From NCBI GenBank assembly GCA_025963875.1, contig JAOPZY010000062.1, positions 1-36,160 on the forward strand: a stretch of DNA of 36,160 bases, given 5' to 3'. The position numbers and the translations under genes are program-made. This DNA is from Actinomycetota bacterium. Lineage in GTDB: Bacteria > Actinomycetota > CADDZG01 > JAHWKV01 > JAOPZY01. The notes under the pieces were generated by a model. That model was not told where the DNA came from and made no database searches. It worked only from the letters and a program-made list of their open reading frames with translations. Within the stretch, counting starts at the first letter, position 1. Each line of letters begins with the position of its first letter. Positions 29,182 through 36,160 of this stretch are shown here, piece by piece.

Positions 29182-30486
29182 ATGCCTGGCATAGCCCTAT
29201 TGGGCACCCAGTGGGGAGACGAGGGGAAGGGCAAGGTCACCCACCTGATGGCCGACGCCATGGACATGGTCGTCCGGTACCAGGGGGGGAACAACGCCGG
29301 CCACACGGTCATCGTGGGCACGGAGACGTTCAAGCTGCACCTGCTCCCTGCCGGCATCCTGTACCCGCACATCACGCCGGTGCTCGCGCCCGGGGTGGTC
29401 GTGGACCCCTCCGTCCTGCTCGAGGAGATCGATGCCCTCGCCCTCCGCGGCATCTCGGCCGAAAAGCTCCGCATCTCGGGCAATGCGCACCTGATCATGC
29501 CCTACCACCGGGAGCTCGACCGCCTGACGGAGCGCCGCCTCGGCAAGATGAAGCTCGGGACCACCCGGCGGGGCATCGGCCCGGCGTACGCCGACAAGGC
29601 GTCCCGCATCGGCATCCGGATCCAGGACCTCCTGGACCGCAAGATCTTCACCGAGAAGCTCGACGTCGCCCTGCGGGAGAAGAACCTGCTCCTGACGAAG
29701 ATCTACGGACGGCTGCCGATGAATGCGGATGCGATCCTCCAGGAGTACCTGGGCTACGCCGACCGCCTGGAGCCCCATATCACCGACACGGTCGCCGAGG
29801 TCCACACCGCGCTCGACGCCGGAAAAAACGTCCTGTTCGAAGGTGCTCAGGGCATGCTGCTCGATCTCGACCACGGCACGTACCCGTTCGTGACCTCGTC
29901 GAACTGTGTCGCCGGCGGGGTCTGCACCGGGGCGGGGGTCGGCCCCCGGATGATCGACCGCATCATCGGCGTGACCAAGGCCTACACCACGCGGGTGGGC
30001 GAGGGGCCGTTCCCCACCGAGGACCTGGGCCCCGACGGCGACCTCCTGGTCGAGCGGGGTGCCGAGTTCGGTGCCACGACGGGCCGCAAGCGCCGCTGCG
30101 GCTGGTTCGACGCGGTCATCGTGCGCTACGCCGCCCGGGTCAGCTCGCTGACCGAGATCTTCCTCACCAAGATCGACGTGCTGTCGGCCTTCGACCGGAT
30201 CAAGGTCTGCGTCGGCTACGAGCACGAGGGCAAGATCTACGAGACCTTCCCGCCGCACCAGACGATCTTCCACAAAGCGGTGCCGATCTACAAGGAGTTC
30301 GAAGGCTGGAGGACCGACATCAGCGGTGCCCGGAGCTGGGCCGACCTGCCCAAGGCCGCCCAGACGTACGTCGAAAGCCTGGAGCAGATGGTGGGCGTGC
30401 CCATCACCCAGATCTCCGTGGGAGCCGAGGCCACCGAGACCGTGACCCGGCTGGCCCCGGTGACTCCCCGGAGCGCCCAGGCCTGA
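29182..30486 (+). CDS. purA: Adenylosuccinate synthetase
   Basis: [32 protein letters not shown]...[28 protein letters not shown]. Confidence 0.98.
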   Translation: MPGIALLGTQWGDEGKGKVTHLMADAMDMVVRYQGGNNAGHTVIVGTETFKLHLLPAGILYPHITPVLAPGVVVDPSVLLEEIDALALRGISAEKLRISGNAHLIMPYHRELDRLTERRLGKMKLGTTRRGIGPAYADKASRIGIRIQDLLDRKIFTEKLDVALREKNLLLTKIYGRLPMNADAILQEYLGYADRLEPHITDTVAEVHTALDAGKNVLFEGAQGMLLDLDHGTYPFVTSSNCVAGGVCTGAGVGPRMIDRIIGVTKAYTTRVGEGPFPTEDLGPDGDLLVERGAEFGATTGRKRRCGWFDAVIVRYAARVSSLTEIFLTKIDVLSAFDRIKVCVGYEHEGKIYETFPPHQTIFHKAVPIYKEFEGWRTDISGARSWADLPKAAQTYVESLEQMVGVPITQISVGAEATETVTRLAPVTPRSAQA

Positions 30487-30505
30487 CGCTGAGAGGACTG
30501 GGTTC

Positions 30506-31816
30506 ATGAGGGTCCTCGTCGTCGGCGGCGGCGGGCGGGAGCACGCGCTGGTCTGGAGCCTCTCGAAAAGCTCCCTCGTCGCCGACCTCCTCTGCGCACC
30601 CGGCAACCCGGGCATCCAGGAGCTCGCCCGCTGCCGGCCGGTCGCCGTCGACGACCTGCCGGCCATGGTCACCATGGCCGCCCGGGAATTCGTCGACCTG
30701 GTGGTCGTCGGGCCCGAGGCCCCCCTGGTGGGGGGACTTGCCGACGCTCTGCGAGAGGCGGGCATCCGCGTGTTCGGCCCCGGGGCTGCCGGCGCCCGCC
30801 TCGAGGGTTCCAAGGGATGGGCCAAGTCCCTCATGGCCGCCGCCGGCATCCCGACGGCCGCCGCGCAGAGCTTCGACCGTGCCGACGAGGCGATCGCCTA
30901 CGCCCGGCAGCTGCTCGCGGCCGGGACCGGCGTGGTGGTGAAGGCCGACGGCCTGGCCGCCGGCAAGGGGGTCACCGTCTGCGACGACGAAGCCCAGGCC
31001 GCCACCGCCATCACCGACGCCCTGGACCGGCGGGTGTTCGGACCGGCGGGGAGCCGGGTGCTCGTCGAGGAGCGCCTCGCCGGCGAGGAACTGTCCGTGC
31101 TGGCGTTCTCCGACGGCAAGACGGTCCTCCCGATGCAGGCCGCCCAGGACTTCAAGCGGGCCCACGACGGCGACCTCGGCCCCAACACCGGTGGGATGGG
31201 GTCGCACTCGCCCGTCCCGTCCTGCACGCCGGACGTGGCCGGGAGGATCACCGACCAGGTGCTGGAGCCCGTCGCCGCCGCCCTGGCCGCGGAGGGCGAG
31301 CCGTACGTCGGCGTCATCTACGCCGGGATCATGCTGACGCCGGACGGGCCGAAGGTCCTGGAGTTCAACTGCCGCTTCGGCGATCCCGAGACCCAGGCCC
31401 TGCTGCCGAGGCTGGCGTCGGACCTCATGGAGCCCATCCTCGCCTGCACGGACGGCACCCTGTCGGGGGTGCGCCTCGACTGGCGTCCGGACGCATGCGT
31501 GGCGGTGGTGGCCGCCGCTGCCGGCTACCCCGGCACCCCCGCGACCGGCGCCCCGATCTCGGGCCTCGAGGGCGCCGAGGCGCTGACCGGGCTCCCGGTC
31601 TTCCAGGCGGGTACCCGGCCAGGTCCGGACGGGTCGGTGGTGACCTCGGGCGGCAGGGTGCTCGCCGTGGCCGCCCTCGGGGATGCTCCGTGGCTTGCCC
31701 GCCGCCGGGCTTACGATGGGCTCGCGAAAGTTTCGTTCGATGGCATGTGGTACCGGTCGGACATCGGCCCCCGGCCTGGCTTCGAGGCCGGATCTGCAAA
31801 GGGGGGTTTGGGGTGA
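30506..31816 (+). CDS. purD: Phosphoribosylamine-glycine ligase
   Basis: [55 protein letters not shown]. Confidence 0.98.
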   Translation: MRVLVVGGGGREHALVWSLSKSSLVADLLCAPGNPGIQELARCRPVAVDDLPAMVTMAAREFVDLVVVGPEAPLVGGLADALREAGIRVFGPGAAGARLEGSKGWAKSLMAAAGIPTAAAQSFDRADEAIAYARQLLAAGTGVVVKADGLAAGKGVTVCDDEAQAATAITDALDRRVFGPAGSRVLVEERLAGEELSVLAFSDGKTVLPMQAAQDFKRAHDGDLGPNTGGMGSHSPVPSCTPDVAGRITDQVLEPVAAALAAEGEPYVGVIYAGIMLTPDGPKVLEFNCRFGDPETQALLPRLASDLMEPILACTDGTLSGVRLDWRPDACVAVVAAAAGYPGTPATGAPISGLEGAEALTGLPVFQAGTRPGPDGSVVTSGGRVLAVAALGDAPWLARRRAYDGLAKVSFDGMWYRSDIGPRPGFEAGSAKGGLG

Positions 31817-32298
31817 CGAAAGCGCTTGACGACGGCGATCCGCTCGTCGGCATCGTGATGGGCTCGAGCTCGGACCAGCCGAAGATGCAGGCTGCGAACT
31901 TCATTCTCGAACGCTTCGGGGTCCCGTTCGAGTCCAACGTCATCAGCGCCCACCGCACGCCGGAGCAGGCCCACGAGTACGCCAAGCTGGCCGAGGACCG
32001 TGGCCTGGAGGTCATCATCGCCGCCGCGGGCCGGGCCGCCCATCTCGCCGGGGTGATGGCCGCCAACACCATCCTGCCGGTGATCGGCGTGCCCATCTAC
32101 ACCGACCATCTCGGCGGTGCGGACTCCCTCTACTCGACGGTGCAGATGCCGTCGGGGGTGCCCGTCGCCACGGTCGGGCTGTCCAATGCCACCAACGCCG
32201 CCATCCTCGCCGTGCAGATGCTGGCCCTCGCCCGGCCTGAGCTGCGCCACCAGCTCCGCAACTTCAAGAAGGAGCTCAGCCAGGGGCTCAAGATTTGA
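31813..32298 (+). CDS. purE: N5-CAIR mutase / AIR carboxylase catalytic subunit
   Basis: From GTG 31813: [41 protein letters not shown]. Confidence 0.97.
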   Translation: MTKALDDGDPLVGIVMGSSSDQPKMQAANFILERFGVPFESNVISAHRTPEQAHEYAKLAEDRGLEVIIAAAGRAAHLAGVMAANTILPVIGVPIYTDHLGGADSLYSTVQMPSGVPVATVGLSNATNAAILAVQMLALARPELRHQLRNFKKELSQGLKI

Positions 32299-33599
32299 TC
32301 GACCGCTACACGCGGCCTGCGATGGCCGCCGTCTGGAGCGAGGAGCGCAAGCTCTCGCACTGGCTGCGCATCGAGATCCTCGCGGTGCAGGCCCGGGTGG
32401 AGCGCGGCGAGGTCCCCGCAGAGGACCTGGCCGAGATCCGGGCGAAGGCCGCCTTCGACCTCGAGCGGGTGGCCGAGATCGAACGCACGACCCGCCACGA
32501 CGTCGCGGCGTTCCTCGACAACGTCGCCGAGTTCGTCGGCCCGGCCGCCCGGCACCTCCACTACGGCATGACCTCCTCCGACATCCTCGACACGACGCTC
32601 GCCCTCCAGCTCGTCGAGGCGGCCGACCTGCTCCTCGCGGGCATCGTGGCGGTTCGGGACGTGGCGGTCCGCCTCGCCCGCCGGTACGAGTCGACGCCGA
32701 TGGTCGGGCGCACGCACGGCATCCACGCCGAGCCGACGAGCTTCGGCCTCAAGGCGGCGGGCTGGGCCTTCGAGCTGGAGCGGGGCCGGGTGCGGATGCA
32801 GCGGGCGAAGGAGTCCGTGGCCGTCGGCAAGCTCTCGGGCGCCGTCGGCAACTACAGCCAGCTCCCCCCCGAGGTCGAAGCCTCCGTCTGCCGCGAGCTC
32901 GGCCTGGCGGCCGACCCCGTCTCCACGCAGGTCGTCGCCCGGGACCGCCACGCCGAGTTCTCGGCGGCGATGGCCGTCGTCGCGGCGTCGATCGAACGCA
33001 TCTTCACCGAGATCCGCCACCTCGCCCGCACCGAGGTCCGGGAGGTGGAGGAGCCCTTCGCCGAAGGGGCGCAGAAGGGCTCGTCGGCCATGCCGCACAA
33101 GCGCAACCCGTGGCGCTCCGAGCGGCTCTGCGGCCTGGCCCGCGTGGTGCGGGCCGGTGTCGTCCCGGCCCTCGAGAACGTCGCCCTGTGGCACGAGCGG
33201 GACATCTCCCATTCCTCGGTGGAGCGGGTCACCCTGCCCGACTCCTGCCTCGCCCTCGACTTCATGCTCGGCGAGGCCGAGGAGCTGCTCGAGGGACTCC
33301 GCGTCTATCCCGAGCGGATGCTCGCCAACATCGAGGCGTCCGGGGGGGTCGTCTTCTCCCAGTCGGTGCTGCTCTCGCTCATCGATGCGGGCATGAGCCG
33401 CGACGAGGCCTACCGCATCGTGCAGGAGTCGTCGATGGAGGCGTGGCGCACCGGAGGCCACCTGCGGGACCTGCTGAAGTCGTCGCCCGCTGCCAAGCGC
33501 CTGGAGCCGGCGGCCATCGATGTCTGCTTCGACCCGTCACGTTACCTGCAGCACGCCGGGGAGGTCGTCGCCCGGCTGGCAACCTTGGAGGAGACATGA
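32295..33599 (+). CDS. purB: Adenylosuccinate lyase
   Basis: [53 protein letters not shown]. Confidence 0.98.
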   Translation: MIDRYTRPAMAAVWSEERKLSHWLRIEILAVQARVERGEVPAEDLAEIRAKAAFDLERVAEIERTTRHDVAAFLDNVAEFVGPAARHLHYGMTSSDILDTTLALQLVEAADLLLAGIVAVRDVAVRLARRYESTPMVGRTHGIHAEPTSFGLKAAGWAFELERGRVRMQRAKESVAVGKLSGAVGNYSQLPPEVEASVCRELGLAADPVSTQVVARDRHAEFSAAMAVVAASIERIFTEIRHLARTEVREVEEPFAEGAQKGSSAMPHKRNPWRSERLCGLARVVRAGVVPALENVALWHERDISHSSVERVTLPDSCLALDFMLGEAEELLEGLRVYPERMLANIEASGGVVFSQSVLLSLIDAGMSRDEAYRIVQESSMEAWRTGGHLRDLLKSSPAAKRLEPAAIDVCFDPSRYLQHAGEVVARLATLEET

Positions 33600-34495
33600 G
33601 CCAGACCACCGCTGTCAGCACCGTGGAGGTGGACCTCCCCCACCTGTCGTCGGGCAAGGTCCGCGAGCTGTTCGACCTGGGCGGCGACGGCCTGCTGTTC
33701 GTCGCCAGCGACCGCATCTCGGCCTACGACGTCGTCATGCCCCAGGCCATCCCCGACAAGGGCCGGCTGCTGACCGGCATGAGCATCTTCTGGTTCGGGG
33801 CGACCTCCGACATCTGCCCCAACCACTTCCTGTCCGCCGCCTCGAACGAGCTGCCCAGGGCGGTTCGGGAGCAGGTCGAGGCCCTCCAGGGGCGCCACAT
33901 GGTGGTCCGCAAGCTCGACATGCTGCCGGTCGAGTTCGTCGTCCGGGGCTACCTCGTCGGCTCCGGCTGGAAGGACTACCGGCAGACGGGGGCCGTCTGC
34001 GGGATCCCGCTGCCGGAGGGCCTCGTCGAGGCCGACAAGCTGCCGGAGCCCATCTTCACCCCAGCCACGAAGGCGACCGTCGGCCACGACGAGAACATCA
34101 GCGAGGCGCAGGCCGCCGAGCTGTGCCCGCCGGGCACCCTCAAGGTCGCCCGTGACTACGCCGTCGAGCTCTACAAGCGGGCCGCCGGCTACGCCAGGGG
34201 CCGGGGGATCATCATCGCCGACACCAAGTTCGAGTTCGGCCTGGCCCCCGACGGCGAGGTCACCCTGGCCGACGAGGTGCTTACCCCCGACTCCTCCCGT
34301 TTCTGGCCTGCGGACCAGTGGGAGCCCGGCGCCAACCCCCCGTCGCTCGACAAGCAGTACCTCCGGGACTGGCTCGACGTCCAGGGCTGGGACCACAAGC
34401 CCCCGGCCCCCGACCTGCCACCGGACGTGGTGGAGCGGACAAGGGCGGGCTACGTCGAGGCCTACGAGCGCCTGACGGGCCGCACGTTCAGCTAG
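33596..34495 (+). CDS. purC: SAICAR synthetase
   Basis: From ATG 33596 (RBS GGAGGAG): SGKVRELF, SDRISAYD, VRGYLVGSG, FTPATKA, ADTKFEFG, DEVLTPDSSRFW, DKQYLRDWL. Confidence 0.97.
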   Translation: MSQTTAVSTVEVDLPHLSSGKVRELFDLGGDGLLFVASDRISAYDVVMPQAIPDKGRLLTGMSIFWFGATSDICPNHFLSAASNELPRAVREQVEALQGRHMVVRKLDMLPVEFVVRGYLVGSGWKDYRQTGAVCGIPLPEGLVEADKLPEPIFTPATKATVGHDENISEAQAAELCPPGTLKVARDYAVELYKRAAGYARGRGIIIADTKFEFGLAPDGEVTLADEVLTPDSSRFWPADQWEPGANPPSLDKQYLRDWLDVQGWDHKPPAPDLPPDVVERTRAGYVEAYERLTGRTFS

Positions 34496-34578
34496 CCGGC
34501 AGACCACGCCGTTTGTCGTTCGTCCGCCGCGGGTACCTGTGGCCCGTCCAGTGCAACCGACGGTCTGGAGGCAGACGA

Positions 34579-34938
34579 ATGAGACGCAGGCTCCTTGCAG
34601 CGAAGATCGTCCTGTTGATTCCCGCCCTTGCTGGGGCCTGCTCCCAGGCCGGGAGTTCGGCCGCCAAGGACGTGAGCGTTGGGGCCTGTACCGCCGACCC
34701 GGCGGGAGGCAACCCGGTGGCGACCGGCCAGATCAACAACAGCACCGGCAAGGCGAGTGCCTACGTCATCCACGTCAAGTTCGTCGACAGCTCCGGCAAC
34801 GGCGTGGGCGATGGCGTGGCGACCGTCGCCAGAGTTGAGGCGCACGGCACGGCCACCTGGCGAGCGGTGGGCACGCAGTCAGCCCGTGGGCCATTAACCT
34901 GTCCCTTGTCCAGCGTGACCAGAACGGTCGCCCCGTAG
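34579..34938 (+). CDS. Small lipoprotein, FxLYD-like domain
   Basis: ATG 34579 behind GGAGG; lipobox-like AGA-C; GQINNST...YVIHVKFVDSSG. Confidence 0.75.
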   Translation: MRRRLLAAKIVLLIPALAGACSQAGSSAAKDVSVGACTADPAGGNPVATGQINNSTGKASAYVIHVKFVDSSGNGVGDGVATVARVEAHGTATWRAVGTQSARGPLTCPLSSVTRTVAP

Positions 34939-34947
34939 CCCGCCAAC

Positions 34948-35871
34948 CTAGCCTCGGCGGGCCTGCGCCGCAGCGACGATCCGGGCCATCAGCCCGAGCA
35001 GCCTCGAGGAGTCCCGAACCTGTACGCCGGTGATCGGCACGATCATCCACCCCTCGCCGAACAGCTCCAGATTGCGTTCCGCGTCGGCGGCGAATGCCTC
35101 CAGGCTGGAGTGGTGCTCGTAGCTGTGCGCCTCGAAGCCGACCGACACGGGAGGCGGGTAAGCGACATCCGGGTACCGCCAGCGTCCGTTGGCCAGCTGG
35201 ACCGGATACTCGAAGAACGGCTCGGGCAGGAGCCCGGCCTTGTATCCGTGCAGGGCGATCTGCTCCAACTGGCGCTGCAGCTCGCTGTCCACATGCCGCT
35301 GGCGGCCCCGGCGCTCCTCCAGCAACTCGAACAGGTCCGCCGCACCCCGGCGACCCCGAGTCCCCTGCGCCTCCAGCCGGTCGACGAGCAGGGCGAGGGG
35401 CACCTTCCGCTTGGCAAGGACATGATTGACCAGCCCTGGGGCGATCCGGGGGACCTCGAGCGAGACATCGATCACCGTGCGGGCCAGCGAGGTGACCGGG
35501 ATCCCGCTGCGATGGGCGAGGTCAACAGGCTGGAGGAATCTTGTGCGGTGCACTGCAAAGCCATCGAGTACGACTTTTCGACGCTGCGGGATCGTGATCT
35601 CGAGCCTGGGCTCGATCTCAGGCAGACGCCAGAGGATGCCCGCCGCCCGGTGCGACGCGATGCCGTCGGCGCAAAGGCACCCCGCCATCTCCGCCTGTTC
35701 CCACGTCCGTGGTGCGCCCGCGCGACGAGCCACGCCGTCGTAGACAGTTTCCCAGTCGTTGCTTCTCGTCAGCCAGCCCCACTGGCCCCGCGACATGCCT
35801 GCTTTCAGTGCCTGCTGACGAGCGATGAGACCATGTTGAGCAGTGGAAAGATCCAATAGAGCATCGTTCAT
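34948..35871 (-). CDS. AbiEi-like N-terminal domain plus C-terminal DUF559/Vsr-like putative endonuclease
   Basis: QHGLIARQQALKAG, ASHRAAGILW, IPVTSLARTVID, SELQR, YPDVAYP...GFEAHSYEHH, D.ERN.L...GW. CATACT -10 lies 6 nt before the ATG. Confidence 0.82.
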   Translation of the reverse strand: MNDALLDLSTAQHGLIARQQALKAGMSRGQWGWLTRSNDWETVYDGVARRAGAPRTWEQAEMAGCLCADGIASHRAAGILWRLPEIEPRLEITIPQRRKVVLDGFAVHRTRFLQPVDLAHRSGIPVTSLARTVIDVSLEVPRIAPGLVNHVLAKRKVPLALLVDRLEAQGTRGRRGAADLFELLEERRGRQRHVDSELQRQLEQIALHGYKAGLLPEPFFEYPVQLANGRWRYPDVAYPPPVSVGFEAHSYEHHSSLEAFAADAERNLELFGEGWMIVPITGVQVRDSSRLLGLMARIVAAAQARRG

Positions 35872-35915
35872 GCCCCAAGTATGGGGCGGGGTACCGACAG
35901 AAAGCGGGGCCTTTT

Positions 35916-35965
35916 CGAACTGAGGTAAAAATGGCGTGTATGCGCGGCATTTTTACCTCAGTTCG
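35916..35965. repeat. Perfect 18-bp inverted repeat upstream of the nuclease-like gene (family copy 4)
   Basis: CGAACTGAGGTAAAAATG-N14-CATTTTTACCTCAGTTCG. Confidence 0.92.
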
Positions 35966-35981
35966 GCCGGACTCGGCAGAG

Positions 35982-36158
35982 CTACGGCGCCAGGCGCAGG
36001 GTCGCCACGGTTGCCGCCTCGACGGCGGCCTCGGAGAACGGCAGCGGGTGGTACCCGCCCTTCGCCCAGATGCCGAGCAGGTCGTTGTAGTGCGGGCTCG
36101 TCGGGTTCTCGGACTGGCCCCCGGGCAGGCTCCCCAGCGAGGCGTCCCAGTCGGAGAC
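35982..36158 (-). CDS. Penicillin acylase (Ntn-hydrolase) family protein, C-terminal fragment
   Basis: Manual translation VSDWDASLGSLPGGQSENPTSPHYNDLLGIWAKGGYHPLPFSEAAVEAATVATLRLAP*; GQS..P.SPHY.D is the family's C-terminal signature. Confidence 0.85.
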   Translation of the reverse strand, partial: VSDWDASLGSLPGGQSENPTSPHYNDLLGIWAKGGYHPLPFSEAAVEAATVATLRLAP

Positions 36159-36160
36159 GT

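Noticed and set aside
34948..35871. Complete type IV toxin-antitoxin (AbiE) system
   Set aside because: No adjacent AbiEii nucleotidyltransferase gene; the flanks are a lipoprotein and a penicillin-acylase-family gene.
1..36160. tRNA-Sec, selA/selB/selD, rRNA, tRNA, integrase or transposase genes
   Set aside because: None recognised in the window; the Sec machinery must be elsewhere if the recoding is real.

Overview
A high-GC, actinobacterial-looking genomic window; several genes have TANNNT -10 boxes 4-8 nt before the start codon, consistent with leaderless mRNAs. Left to right it holds an alpha-glucan/trehalose cluster (glgB partial, malQ, treS-maltokinase fusion, glgE, divergent glgM/glgA), an ABC-2 exporter pair, a shortened FtsH-like protease and two envelope proteins. 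Next comes a glycine/sarcosine/betaine-reductase-like operon grdE-grdB-grdC-grdA that the ORF track breaks up, because grdB and grdA each carry an in-frame UGA (selenocysteine) followed by a SECIS-like hairpin. The operon is atypical: GrdE lacks the pyruvoyl-forming Cys, GrdB has UxxGxxC instead of UxxCxxC, and grdD and thioredoxin genes are not in the cluster. It shares a divergent promoter region with a UROD/MT2-fold protein and a VOC protein. The rest comprises an S51-like hydrolase, a DUF3052-like protein, a DUF6049-like/kinase/ECF sigma/anti-sigma block, dodecin, purA-D-E-B-C, a lipoprotein, an AbiEi/DUF559-like putative nuclease and the 3' end of a penicillin-acylase-family gene. Four intergenic AT-rich palindromes of about 50 bp share an architecture, and one sits directly upstream of the nuclease gene. 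All family assignments come from recognising motifs by eye; no searches were run.
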